Shown piece by piece: positions 8,957 through 18,835 of a stretch of 64,000 bases of DNA; positions within the stretch are counted from its first letter, which is position 1; each line of letters starts with the position of its first letter. The notes beneath the pieces were generated by a model. The model had not been told where the DNA came from and did no database searches. It worked only from the letters and a program-made list of their open reading frames with translations. The DNA is from Myxococcota bacterium (lineage in GTDB: Bacteria > Myxococcota_A > Polyangia > Nannocystales > Nannocystaceae): the NCBI GenBank assembly GCA_039028615.1, contig JBCCHT010000014.1:64001-128000 (forward strand), in the 5' to 3' direction. The translations under genes were made by a program, and so were the position numbers.

Positions 8957-10222
8957 TCAACTGGCGTGTTCGCTGGCGCGGGCTCGAGCCAGCAGCTCGT
9001 CTCGCGTGTTCTGAGCCGGATCGACCAGCACCGCGTCGAGCAGCTCGGCCAGACAACGACCGAGACCGGGCCCCGGCTTCACCACGCCATCGGCAATGAG
9101 GTCACGCCCCTTGATCGCCAGCTCCCCCGCGCTGAGGGCCGCCCCCTGCAGGGCCGCGTGGATGGCCACCCGACGAGCGTCGTCGGCCGCCAGCAGGTCG
9201 AGCGCCGCAGGCAGGTGGGCACGAGTCAGCGTCGCCACGGCACGGCGAATCGCCTCGGGCTCGCTCGCCGCCGCCAGAGCACGCATGCCGTCACCGGTCA
9301 GGGCCAGGACCTCGGCCCGCTCGACCTTGCTCGGCTTGAGGTTCTCGATGCAGGCCTTGATGGCCCCGGCGTGCTCGCAGCCGGCGGCTGCCAGCGGCCA
9401 CAGAAGCCGCGCCAGCCGAGGCGTGGGCCCACGAGGCATGGCATCCACCGCGGCGATGGCGGACTCGTAGTCGTCGTCCTGCGGAAGCGGCAGCAGAGCA
9501 TGCGGCCAGATCCCCGTGCGCCACATCGGCCGCAGCCCCGCCGAGGGCCGCTCGCTGGCCAGCAGCTTGGTCAGCTCCACGTGCACCCGCTCGCGGCTGA
9601 CCTTGGCCAGCACGTCCAGTGCATCGGGAATCGCGGCGGCCGTCTGCTCTTCGAGCGAAAGGCCCCGCGTGGCACAGAACCGAACCGCCCGCATCGTCCG
9701 CAGGCCGTCTTCGCGGAAGCGCTCCAGCGGCACGCCCACCGCCCGCACCACGCTCGCCTGCAGATCGGCCAGGCCGTCGAAGGGATCGGAGAAGCGCTGC
9801 TCGATGGGGTCCCACGCGAACGCGTTGACGGTGAAGTCCCGCCGCGCCAGGTCCTCGACCAGGTCGCGCAGGAAGGTGACCGACTCCGGCCGCCGACCGT
9901 CGACATAGGCTCCCTCCCCTCGGAAGGTCGTGATCTCGACGGGGTGGGTCTGGTCACCGTCGCGCACCATCACCGTGACCGTGCCGTGCTGCATCCCGGT
10001 GGGGATGGTACGGCGAAACAGCCCGATCACTTCCTGCGGCGTGGCGGAGCTGGCCAGGTCCCAGTCGTTGGCGGGCAGCCCGAGCAGCACGTCACGCACC
10101 GCCCCGCCGACCAGCACTGCGGCGTGACCGGCCTGCTGGAGCCGACGTGCCACCTCGACCACCGGTCCCGGCACGGGCGCGGCCGACAGCCGCTGCACGG
10201 CGAGCGCCTCGTCGATGGCCAT
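8957..10222 (-). CDS. cca: Class II tRNA nucleotidyltransferase (CCA-adding family), no HD domain
   Basis: VGGAVRD...DWD, EDLARRDFTVNA, RFREDGLRTMRAVRF, VSRERV; start reassigned to MAIDEA. Confidence 0.88.
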   Translation of the reverse strand: MAIDEALAVQRLSAAPVPGPVVEVARRLQQAGHAAVLVGGAVRDVLLGLPANDWDLASSATPQEVIGLFRRTIPTGMQHGTVTVMVRDGDQTHPVEITTFRGEGAYVDGRRPESVTFLRDLVEDLARRDFTVNAFAWDPIEQRFSDPFDGLADLQASVVRAVGVPLERFREDGLRTMRAVRFCATRGLSLEEQTAAAIPDALDVLAKVSRERVHVELTKLLASERPSAGLRPMWRTGIWPHALLPLPQDDDYESAIAAVDAMPRGPTPRLARLLWPLAAAGCEHAGAIKACIENLKPSKVERAEVLALTGDGMRALAAASEPEAIRRAVATLTRAHLPAALDLLAADDARRVAIHAALQGAALSAGELAIKGRDLIADGVVKPGPGLGRCLAELLDAVLVDPAQNTRDELLARARASEHAS

Positions 10223-10224
10223 CC

Positions 10225-13044
10225 CTACCCCTTGCACTCGGCCCAGGTCTGGCCGTGGCCGGCGTCGACCTTGAGCGGGACTTTGAGCGAGTAGGCGCCT
10301 TCCATCAGCGGCCGCGCCAGGGCGACCAGCTCGTCGACGTGCCCCTCGTCGCACTCGAAGATCAACTCGTCGTGCACGGTGAGCAGCATCTGCGCCCACG
10401 GAATCTTCGCCAGCGCATCCTCGACCGCGATCATGGCGATCTTCAGGATGTCGGCCGCACTGCCCTGAATCGGCGTGTTGCGGGCCATTCGCTCGCCGTG
10501 CTGCCGCGCGGCGCCCTTGCGGGCCAGCTCGGGGATCCGGCGCTTGCGACCGAGGATGGTCTCGGCGTAGCCGCGTGCCTTGGCGGTGGCCACCAGCTCG
10601 TTCATGTAGCGGTCGACGCCGGGGATCTTCTCGAAGTAGGCCCGGATGTAGCTGCCCGCCTTGCCCCGCGGGATGCCGAGCTGCTGCGCCAACCCGAAGG
10701 CGGTCTGCCCGTAGATCACGCCGAAGTTGACCGCCTTGGCGATGCGCCGCTGCTCGCTGCTCACCTCGCCTTCGGGCACCTCGAACACCTCGGAGGCGGT
10801 GCGGCGGTGCACGTCGACGTCGTCGACGAACGCGGAGCTGAGGTTGGGGTCGCCGCTCATGTGGGCGAGCACCCGCAGCTCGATCTGCGAGTAGTCGATC
10901 GCGACGAGGCGCTTGCCCGGTGGCGCGACGAAGGCCTCGCGGATACGTCGCCCCTCAGCGGTGCGAATGGGGATGTTCTGCAGGTTGGGGTCAGAGCTCG
11001 ACAGCCGCCCCGTGGCCGCCACCGCCTGGTGGAAGCGGGTATGCAGCCGCCCCGTGCGTTGGTTGACCAGCGTGGGGAACACGTCGAGGTAGGTCCCCTT
11101 GAGCTTGGTCAGGCTGCGATAGACGAGGATGTCCTTGACGATGGGGTCGAGCAGCGACAGCTCCTCGAGCACGCGCGCGTCGGTGCTGTAGCCGGTCTTG
11201 GTCTTGCGCGTGGCCGGCAGGCCCCGCTCCTCGAAGAGCAGCTTGCGCAGCTGGATCGGCGAGTCGAGATTGAGTGCGTAGCCGGCCTCCTTCTCGACCC
11301 GCTTTTGGATCTCGGTGATGGTGGCCCCCAGCTCGGCCGCTTGTTTCTGCAGCACGGACGCGTCCAGGGTGATGCCGCGGGCTTCCACCTGCAGCAGCAC
11401 GTCGACCAGCGGCTTTTCGATCGTCGCGTAGAGCTTGGTCAGCGCCTCGTCGGCGCCGTCCATCTGCTCGGACATCGCCTGGCCGAGGCCCCGCACGAGG
11501 TCGACGTGCTCGGTGAGCCACGACGCGGCGGGGGCGAACGCCAGGTCGGGCAGTCGGACCGCCTTGCGCCCCTTGCCGAGCACCTTGTCGGGCGCGCGCA
11601 GGGTGTGGCCGAGCACGTCCTTGGACAGCGCCGCCAGGGCGTGCGAGCTGCGAGCCGGGTCGAGCACGTACGACGCCAGCATCAGGTCGAGCGTCACGCC
11701 CTCGAGGGCAAGACCCGCGCGCTCCAGCGCCTGCGCCTGGGTCTTGTGGTCGTGCATGACCTTGGGCGGCGTGGTGGCGGCGAAGATGGGCTTGAGCGTC
11801 TCGAGCACCTCCGCCGCGTCGCGCTGCGTGCCTTCGACCAGGTCGCCCTGACGGTGACCGATCGGCACATAGACCGGCTGGCTCAGCTCGCCCTCGAGCC
11901 CCTCGGCGGCCAGGGCCACGCCCACCACCTCGGCTTCGAGCGCATCGTTGCCTTCGAGGGCCAGGTGCACCGCGATGCGCGTGGCCTTGGGCAGCGCCGC
12001 GACGTAGGCCTTCCACTCGTCGTCGTGCGCCGACAGCAGCAGGCGATGCGCGTCGCCAGCCGCCGCAAACCCCGAGACCGGCTCGAGCTCGGTCGCGCCG
12101 ATGGTCGTCGATGCCGTGGTCGAGCGGGGCGTACCGCGGGTGGCCTTGGAGCCCAGCTCGCGCAGCACCAGCTTGAAGCCCAGTGGCTCGAAGAACGCGA
12201 CGAGCGTATCGTCGTCCGGGCCGTTGTCGGCCAACGACTCCAGCGGAGCGGGCAGCTCGAGCTGGTCTTGCAGCGCCACCAGCCGTCGCGAGATGCGGGC
12301 GTCCTCGGCGTGCTCGATGAGCCGTTCGCGTCGCTTCTTCTGCTTGATGTCGGGCGCGGCCTTCAGCACCCCCTCGAGGCTCCCGTACTCGTGCAGCAGC
12401 GTGGAGGCCGTCTTGGGGCCGATGCCGGGCACGCCGGGCACGTTGTCGGAGCTGTCGCCCGTCAGGGCGAGCAGGTCGCCGAGCAACGCGGGCGGGACCC
12501 CGAACTTGGCCTCGACCTCGGGCGGCCCGACCAAGCGCTGCTTCATGGTGTCGTACAGGTAGATGGCCGGGCGCTCGTCGTCCCCGGCATCACACAGCTG
12601 CATCAGGTCTTTGTCGCTGGAGACGATGATCACCCGCTTGCCCGCGGCCTGAGCCGCCCGGGCGTAGCTGGCGATGACGTCGTCCGCCTCGTAGCCCTTG
12701 TGGTCGATGCGAGTGATGCCCATCGCATCGACGGCCTCGCGTACGAGGGAAAACTGGGGCACCAGGTCGTCGGGCGCGGGGGGACGGTTGGCCTTGTACT
12801 CGGGGTACATCTCGCGACGGCCCCCGTCGCCGCCCGCATCGAACACGGTGGCGAGCATCTCGGGGGCGTAGTCGCGGCGGGTCGCCTGCACCATGCGAAC
12901 GAAGCCGTGCACCGCGTTCACGGGGCGGCCATCGGGCGCGTTGAGCATGGGCAACGCGTGATAGGCCCGGAACACGAAGTTGTAGGCGTCGAACAGGAAC
13001 AGCGAGCCGGCGCCGCCGGGGGGTTTGTCCGGGGTCTGACTCAT
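10225..13044 (-). CDS. polA: DNA polymerase I
   Basis: 5' nuclease YKANR, EADD, DKDL; polymerase TGRLSSSDPNLQNIP, DYSQIELR, KAVNFGVIYG, VHDEL. Confidence 0.98.
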   Translation of the reverse strand: MSQTPDKPPGGAGSLFLFDAYNFVFRAYHALPMLNAPDGRPVNAVHGFVRMVQATRRDYAPEMLATVFDAGGDGGRREMYPEYKANRPPAPDDLVPQFSLVREAVDAMGITRIDHKGYEADDVIASYARAAQAAGKRVIIVSSDKDLMQLCDAGDDERPAIYLYDTMKQRLVGPPEVEAKFGVPPALLGDLLALTGDSSDNVPGVPGIGPKTASTLLHEYGSLEGVLKAAPDIKQKKRRERLIEHAEDARISRRLVALQDQLELPAPLESLADNGPDDDTLVAFFEPLGFKLVLRELGSKATRGTPRSTTASTTIGATELEPVSGFAAAGDAHRLLLSAHDDEWKAYVAALPKATRIAVHLALEGNDALEAEVVGVALAAEGLEGELSQPVYVPIGHRQGDLVEGTQRDAAEVLETLKPIFAATTPPKVMHDHKTQAQALERAGLALEGVTLDLMLASYVLDPARSSHALAALSKDVLGHTLRAPDKVLGKGRKAVRLPDLAFAPAASWLTEHVDLVRGLGQAMSEQMDGADEALTKLYATIEKPLVDVLLQVEARGITLDASVLQKQAAELGATITEIQKRVEKEAGYALNLDSPIQLRKLLFEERGLPATRKTKTGYSTDARVLEELSLLDPIVKDILVYRSLTKLKGTYLDVFPTLVNQRTGRLHTRFHQAVAATGRLSSSDPNLQNIPIRTAEGRRIREAFVAPPGKRLVAIDYSQIELRVLAHMSGDPNLSSAFVDDVDVHRRTASEVFEVPEGEVSSEQRRIAKAVNFGVIYGQTAFGLAQQLGIPRGKAGSYIRAYFEKIPGVDRYMNELVATAKARGYAETILGRKRRIPELARKGAARQHGERMARNTPIQGSAADILKIAMIAVEDALAKIPWAQMLLTVHDELIFECDEGHVDELVALARPLMEGAYSLKVPLKVDAGHGQTWAECKG

Positions 13045-14396
13045 GCGGGGGTCTCCGGGTCGCGAGCGAATACGCTGGAATGGCGACGCGCGTGCAGATA
13101 CCCCGCCTGCACCAGGCTGGTCACCGGGATGGCGAGCAACGCCCCCGTGAGACCGAACACGTGCTCACCCGCGAGCAGCGCGAAGATGACGAGCACGGGG
13201 TGGATATGCGCCGAATCGCCGATGATCTTGGGGTTGAGGACGTTGGCCTCGAGCAGGTGGATGCCCGCGATCCAGGCCAGGATGCCGATGGCGGGGCCGA
13301 AGCCGTCGCTCAGACCGTCCCCCGAGGACACCAACGCGATCACCACGATGGGGATCGACGAGATGATCGTGCCGAAGATCGGGACGAGGCTGAACATTCC
13401 GGCAAGCAGGCCCAGCAAGAAGCTGTACTTGATCCCGAAGATCACCAGGCCCACGAAGGTGAGCGCGCCGTTGACCAGGCAGATCAGCAGCTGGCCGCGG
13501 ATCACCCCACCCAGGCCGCGGTCCATGCTGACCCACAGCTCCTCGAACTGACCGCGATACTCGAAGGGCACCAGCGATCGAATGAAGCGGTTGACCCGGT
13601 CGACGTCGACGAGCACGAAGGCCGCGATCATGAAGGTGATGACGAAGCTGGTCAGGAAGCTCGTCACGCCACGAATGAAGGACTGGGCGAAGGCACCGAT
13701 CTTGGACGTGAGGTCGGAGCCCTGGCTGGCCAGGTAGGCGCGCAAGGTGTCGCCGAGATCGGGTGCCTCGGCTTGTTCTTCGGCGGGCGGACCCAGGGCC
13801 CAAGTCCCGTCCGAGTGCTGCTCGGCCTGTAGCTGCACCCCCTCGAGGTCGAGCCGCCACGAGCCATCGGGCAGCGGCTCGGCAATGATCTCCGTGTGCG
13901 GGAGTACGGCCGGCTTCCCCGACTCCGGCTTGGTCACGATGTCACTGAAGGTCTCGTCGACCCACTCGGACGCCTTGGGCAGCCACTCCTCGTTGAACTT
14001 GGCCGCGGCGGCAGGCAGGCCGTCGCGCAGCTTGGCCATGTCCTTGACGACGGCGGGAATGAGGAAGCCGATGACCCCCCCCAAGACGCCGAGGATGGCC
14101 AGGTACATCAAGATGACGGGCAGGACCCGACCGATGCGCGGCTGCAGGCGGGCCACGGTGGGCGCGAGCAGGTAGGCCAGCAGCATCGCGAAGACGAAGG
14201 GCAGCACGATGCCGCGGAACAGCACCACCACCAGGACGGCAAAGCCCAAAAAGCCCCACAGGCGGCCGAAGCGACGCAGGGTGGCCAGGATGGTGTCGGG
14301 GCGGCGGCGGATGCCGGTCCGCGATGCGCCCGCTTGAGACGCGCTGGCTTGAGACGCGCCCGCCTGCGACGCGCCGGGTTGGGGTTCGTCGGCCAC
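13041..14396 (-). CDS. AI-2E family transporter
   Basis: LAYLLAP, IRGQLLI, LEANVLNPKIIG...IHP, GLTGALLAIP; multiple TM helices. Confidence 0.9.
   Translation of the reverse strand: MADEPQPGASQAGASQASASQAGASRTGIRRRPDTILATLRRFGRLWGFLGFAVLVVVLFRGIVLPFVFAMLLAYLLAPTVARLQPRIGRVLPVILMYLAILGVLGGVIGFLIPAVVKDMAKLRDGLPAAAAKFNEEWLPKASEWVDETFSDIVTKPESGKPAVLPHTEIIAEPLPDGSWRLDLEGVQLQAEQHSDGTWALGPPAEEQAEAPDLGDTLRAYLASQGSDLTSKIGAFAQSFIRGVTSFLTSFVITFMIAAFVLVDVDRVNRFIRSLVPFEYRGQFEELWVSMDRGLGGVIRGQLLICLVNGALTFVGLVIFGIKYSFLLGLLAGMFSLVPIFGTIISSIPIVVIALVSSGDGLSDGFGPAIGILAWIAGIHLLEANVLNPKIIGDSAHIHPVLVIFALLAGEHVFGLTGALLAIPVTSLVQAGYLHARRHSSVFARDPETPA
14323..14382. repeat. Four degenerate 15-bp units encoding GASQA-like pentapeptides
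   Basis: gatgcgcccgcttga / gacgcgctggcttga / gacgcgcccgcctgc / gacgcgccgggttgg. Confidence 0.7.
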
Positions 14397-14399
14397 GCG

Positions 14400-15581
14400 C
14401 TATGCCCTTCCTTGATCGACCACGCGGAACTCCGCGCGCACGCTGCCGGAGGCGGCGACCCGCCCCTCCTCGGAGGCGCTGTCCCAGGCCCCGCACGACT
14501 GGCAGCGGTATCGGAAACGTTCCATCCTCGTGCCGCAGCGACGGCACGAGAGCCGAGGCACGGCCGTCTCGCCCATGGCCGCCTCGCGGGCGGCGTCGCG
14601 CTGGCCTCGGAGCAAGCGCAGCCGCACCAGCTGCAAGCGCGCCGCGGTGCTGGACTCGGCCACGCGCTCGAGGGCCGCCGCCGCCTGCTCGGGATGTTGC
14701 CGCGCCACCAACGGGGCCACCGCGACGATCAGCTGGGCCGAGCGGGTGGTGCGAAGCGAGGCGAGCATGCGCTCGACCAAGTCGGGCACCACCCCTTCTT
14801 CGGTGGCCCACTGCCAGGCCTCGGGCACCACCACGTGCGACGCGGCGGGCAGCATCTCCCACGAGTGCTGCCAGGCTTCCATCGCCAGCTCGGGCTCCCC
14901 CGCCGCCGACTCCACGCGGGCCTTGGCCGTCCACACATGGCTGCTGTCGGGCGCCAGCTCGGAGGCTCGCTCGACGAGTTTTCGGGCCTTGCGGAAATCA
15001 CCTTCGGACATCGCCACGTCGGCTTGCCCGGCCAGCGCATGACCGCGGCCGATCTTGCTCTCGCGTCGGCGACGACCTTCGACCAGCTTCTCGTGGCGCT
15101 CCCAGGCGGCGGCCGCTCGCTCCCACGCGCCCGCCTGCTCGAGCGCCTTGGCCAGCGACTCGAGCGTGGCGACCGAGCGCGGGGCCAGGCTGATGGCCCG
15201 CACCAGGGCCCCGACCGCCGCTCGCTCGTTGCCCTGGGCCAGAAGATCCCGCCCGAGACCGACCAGCGCCGCGACCCGCAGCTCAGCGGGCAGCGTGGCC
15301 GAGGCCAGCACCGTGCGGTGGATCGCCTTGGCCCGCTCGACTCGACCACGACGGCGATCGAGGGCCGCGAGGGCCAGGAACACGGTGGAGTCCCCGGGCT
15401 CGACCTCGGCCACCCGCTCCAGCTCACGGGCGACATTCTCCAGGTCGCCCTCCGCCAGCTCGTACAAGGTACGACTTCGACGGATGAGCGCCTCGGTGAC
15501 CTGACGACGTGGGGCGACATACCACCACCCCCCGGCAAAGCCCGCGGCCAGGCACAGCAGCGCCAATAGCAGGCTGGTCAC
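14400..15581 (-). CDS. lapB: LapB (YciM)-like TPR protein with C-terminal rubredoxin-like domain
   Basis: N-terminal TM, RRRGRVERAKAIH, TPRs, CRRCG...CQSCGAW. Confidence 0.75.
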   Translation of the reverse strand: MTSLLLALLCLAAGFAGGWWYVAPRRQVTEALIRRSRTLYELAEGDLENVARELERVAEVEPGDSTVFLALAALDRRRGRVERAKAIHRTVLASATLPAELRVAALVGLGRDLLAQGNERAAVGALVRAISLAPRSVATLESLAKALEQAGAWERAAAAWERHEKLVEGRRRRESKIGRGHALAGQADVAMSEGDFRKARKLVERASELAPDSSHVWTAKARVESAAGEPELAMEAWQHSWEMLPAASHVVVPEAWQWATEEGVVPDLVERMLASLRTTRSAQLIVAVAPLVARQHPEQAAAALERVAESSTAARLQLVRLRLLRGQRDAAREAAMGETAVPRLSCRRCGTRMERFRYRCQSCGAWDSASEEGRVAASGSVRAEFRVVDQGRA

Positions 15582-16075
15582 GTCCGAGCGCCTCCTGGGC
15601 CTCGGCCCTCACCCCGGCCTCGATCGACGCCGCGCAGCTCGTCTCGGCGTGCTTGGGCCTGCTCGCGGTGGAGCTTCTCGGTCATCACCTTCTTGGTGCC
15701 GGTCTCGATGTGCGCCTCGGCGGCGAGGATCTCGTCCTCTTCGTGCTGCCGCAGCGGCAACGTTCGAAGCTCCAGGACCTCGCGCTCGAGCTCGCGGACG
15801 CGCCGTTGCATCAGGGCCGCGCCCCGAATGCGAAACGGAGCCCGTATGGCGGCCACGCCCAGCAGGGCCACCGCAACGACCCAACCTCCCAAAAGCACCG
15901 CGAGGTTCACCTCGTAGCGCACATGGGGCAATGGTTCGATCAGATCGAGGCGGGGTACGGCGAGTTCGATCTCGACCCAGGCCGCGTTGGACTGGAGAGT
16001 ATTCGACGCCCACACCACCCCGATGATGAGCAGCGCCAAGCTGACGCCGAGGTAGACCTTGCCGAGCAACGACAC
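15578..16075 (-). CDS. LapA-like membrane protein
   Basis: Two TM segments plus coiled coil RRVRELEREVLELRTLP; overlaps the lapB-like gene by 4 nt; start uncertain (16075 GTG or 16096). Confidence 0.6.
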   Translation of the reverse strand: MSLLGKVYLGVSLALLIIGVVWASNTLQSNAAWVEIELAVPRLDLIEPLPHVRYEVNLAVLLGGWVVAVALLGVAAIRAPFRIRGAALMQRRVRELEREVLELRTLPLRQHEEDEILAAEAHIETGTKKVMTEKLHREQAQARRDELRGVDRGRGEGRGPGGART

Positions 16076-16114
16076 CGGGTGCCGCGAACATAGCAAGGGG
16101 TGTATGCTCTGGCC

Positions 16115-16864
16115 ATGGCAGCCGATCGCGAGCGTTTACACGCCGCCGTCTCCCAATCCCGAATTTCCCCTACGAGCCCCGCGGGACCAGCGTGGCTCGG
16201 ACGCCTGTGGGTACCCCTCGTTGGCCTGGCCGTCGGCATCGGCGTCGGAGTCGGGTGCGCGACGTCCGACCAAATGCTCGAGAAGCGACGCCTCGAAGAA
16301 AAGGGCACCGAGTGCCGACCGGGTATCGAAGAGGACTGTTATGGCGGCCCAGATGGGAGCCTCGGTCGCGGCGCGTGCCAAGCCGGCCGACGGGTCTGTA
16401 AAGAGGACGGAACCCTCGGCACCTGCAGCGGCGAGATCGTGCCCGTCGCCGAGCTGTGCAACAACGTCGACGACGACTGCGACGGCATCGTCGACAACGG
16501 CTTCGAGCGCGACGGAGCGCTGTGCGAGTTCGCCAGCGCCAAGGGCGTTTGCCGCACCCAAGGCAAGTGGCACTGCTCCGCCGACGGCACCAGCTCCCAG
16601 TGTGACGCGGCCATCGTCGAGCCCACCCCCGAGGTCTGCGACACCCTCGACAACGACTGCGACGGCGAAGTCGACGAGGACGCAGTTCCCGAGGCCGAGA
16701 AGGAATGCTCGACCGGCAAGGCGGGAGTCTGCGGCGCGGGCACCAACACCTGCGTCAACGGCCGCGTCCGCTGCGTGCAGAACGTGCAGCCCGGCCCGGA
16801 AATCTGCAACGGCTATGACGACAACTGCAACAACCAGATCGACGAGGACTGCGTAAAGCAGTAG
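16115..16864 (+). CDS. Cys-rich lipoprotein with three putative metal-binding (MopE-related) repeats
   Basis: GVGC lipobox; ELCNNVDDDCDGIVD, EVCDTLDNDCDGEVDE, EICNGYDDNCNNQIDE. Confidence 0.8.
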   Translation: MAADRERLHAAVSQSRISPTSPAGPAWLGRLWVPLVGLAVGIGVGVGCATSDQMLEKRRLEEKGTECRPGIEEDCYGGPDGSLGRGACQAGRRVCKEDGTLGTCSGEIVPVAELCNNVDDDCDGIVDNGFERDGALCEFASAKGVCRTQGKWHCSADGTSSQCDAAIVEPTPEVCDTLDNDCDGEVDEDAVPEAEKECSTGKAGVCGAGTNTCVNGRVRCVQNVQPGPEICNGYDDNCNNQIDEDCVKQ

Positions 16865-17133
16865 CGCACGGCCTCCTCCCCTACCCAGAGCCCATCTCGC
16901 CACCCGTCCGTGTCGTCCGGCACGCGAGGGTCGCGAGATGGGCTCTGGCGCGTTCAGGGCATCACGCGCTCGCGCTTGCACCGCGGCCGCGTTCGATGTT
17001 TCCCGGCGTGCTCCCGTGGCGTTTGACCGGCTGACCGCCGGGTCCCTACCATCAGGTCTGCGGCGCTCCGCCCGGCGCTGTCCCAAGCTCCATTCGAGCG
17101 CAGCCGGCCGTCGCTCCCCCCCCCGCCCCGCCG

Positions 17134-18492
17134 ATGATCGATTCCAACCTGACCGACACCCTCGTCGAAGAAGAGGCCCCCGAAGAGGGCGTCGAAGAAC
17201 GCCTCGCCTGGCTCATCTGTATTGGATCGCCCGAGGACAAGTTCGTGTCGGCGGGTCGGGTCCTGCCGCTCGAGGGCCCGCACACGATCACCTTCGGTCG
17301 GGGCGAGGTGTCCGAGGGCCTGGCGGTCATCGAAGAAGGCAAGAGCTTCCGCGTGGGCATCCCCTTCGGGTGGGTCAGCGGCCGCCATGCCGAGCTGAAG
17401 GTCACCGAAGAAGGCCCGGGTCTGCGCTTCACCCTGCGCGACGTCGGCAGCCGAAACGGTACGCTGGTCAACGGCGTACGCATCAACCAAGAGGTTCAGC
17501 TGCGGCCCGCCGACGTGTTCGAGGTCGGGCGCTCGTTCTGGACCGTGCGCGAGGTGGGGCTCCGCAAGCTCCGGGCGCACAAGCTCAGCGAGCTCGATCC
17601 CACGGGCACCTGCAACCCGCACCTGCACCACATCCATCGCACGCTGCATCGGCTGGCCCAGGCCACCATTCCCATCGTGCTCCGCGGGGAGACGGGCACG
17701 GGCAAGCAGTACCTCGCCAAGGCGATCCACGCCGTCAGCGAGCGCAAGGGCCCCTTCGTCTGCGCCAACCTCGGAGCCCTGTCCGACGACCGCGTCGAAG
17801 AGGTGCTGTTCGGGGGCAACGGCGCGCAGGGGCTGTTCGAGAAGGCCACCGAGGGAACGCTGATGCTCGACGAACTCGGCGAGCTGACCCCGTCGGTGCA
17901 GGGCAAGCTGCTCTCCGCGCTCACCGAGGGCCGAGCGGCGCGCAAGGGTGAGCAAGCGGCTCGCACCTTCGACGTGCGGCTGGTCTGCGGGACGCTCCAC
18001 GACCTGTCGCGCATGGTCGAGATGGGCCGTTTCCGCGCGGATCTGTACTCCCGCCTGGCGGGGTTCGTGGCCGACCTGCCGCCGCTGCGGGCCCGCCGTG
18101 AAGACCTGGGGCTGCTGACGCGCTCGATCGTTCGCGATCTGCAGCGCGAGGGTCGACCGGTTCGAATCACGTCGAACGCGTTTCGCCGCATGCTGACGCG
18201 GGCGTGGCCGTTCAATATCCGCCAGCTCCGGCAGACGCTCACCACGGCGAGCTTGCTGGCCAGCGGCGACGGGACGATCACCGCCGACGCGCTGGCCGAG
18301 ATCCTCGATCAGGACGACGGGCTGCCCGAGAGCCCGGACGGGGTCCGCCAGCTTCGCACGGAGCTGCTGCAGCATCTGGCCGAGCACCAGGGTGACACCG
18401 ATACGGTGGCGCGGATGATGAATCGCGACCCGTACCAGATCCATCGCTGGCTGCAGCGCTTCGATCTGGAGCCGGATTCGTTCAAAGAGTAG
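17134..18492 (+). CDS. FHA domain plus sigma54-activator-type AAA+ regulator lacking GAFTGA
   Basis: FHA GR...VSGRHA...SRNGT; Walker A GETGTGKQ, Walker B MLDE, FRADLYSRL, WPFNIRQL; C-terminal HTH-like segment. Confidence 0.88.
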   Translation: MIDSNLTDTLVEEEAPEEGVEERLAWLICIGSPEDKFVSAGRVLPLEGPHTITFGRGEVSEGLAVIEEGKSFRVGIPFGWVSGRHAELKVTEEGPGLRFTLRDVGSRNGTLVNGVRINQEVQLRPADVFEVGRSFWTVREVGLRKLRAHKLSELDPTGTCNPHLHHIHRTLHRLAQATIPIVLRGETGTGKQYLAKAIHAVSERKGPFVCANLGALSDDRVEEVLFGGNGAQGLFEKATEGTLMLDELGELTPSVQGKLLSALTEGRAARKGEQAARTFDVRLVCGTLHDLSRMVEMGRFRADLYSRLAGFVADLPPLRARREDLGLLTRSIVRDLQREGRPVRITSNAFRRMLTRAWPFNIRQLRQTLTTASLLASGDGTITADALAEILDQDDGLPESPDGVRQLRTELLQHLAEHQGDTDTVARMMNRDPYQIHRWLQRFDLEPDSFKE

Positions 18493-18538
18493 AGCGCATC
18501 AGCTCGGCTCTGCGCCCGACGGGCGGCGTGTTGGTGCT

Positions 18539-18835
18539 GGGGCGCGGCGGAGAGCTGAGTTCTCCGCTTCGAGTTGTGGGGAGTTATTGGCGTGCCGGTC
18601 TGGGGGGCGCCTGTTCGCCGGATTGAGTATTCCGGCCGTGCTCAAACAGTGGTTTCACTCCTAGCCACAGCGTACCTACGCGCAAGAGCTTGGTGGACTC
18701 CGTTGGGGTGTGGGCGAGTCGCTACCAAAACTGCGCGCGCCCGGAATACTCAACCCGACGACGGCTCCCAAATGGCTCGGTGCAACTGGGCCGATCCATA
18801 GGGGCGGGTTTTGGGTTGGTGGCGCGCCTCGGGTT
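18539..18835 (+). repeat. Left arm of a ~297-bp inverted repeat
   Basis: Reverse complement of 19156-19452; by hand about 20 substitutions and two 1-nt indels. Confidence 0.97.

Noticed and set aside
9840..9935. Nucleotidyltransferase as a CC-only adding enzyme
   Set aside because: The flexible loop (EGAYVDGRRPESVTF) that CC-adding enzymes lack is present; CCA- versus A-adding cannot be decided by eye
10147..13551. 1134-aa plus-strand ORF, and similar long ORFs at 20274-24818, 25137-30014, 34949-38947, 48803-50971 and 53863-57555
   Set aside because: Antisense shadows of well-supported genes; GC3 bias removes stops from the opposite strand; no motifs
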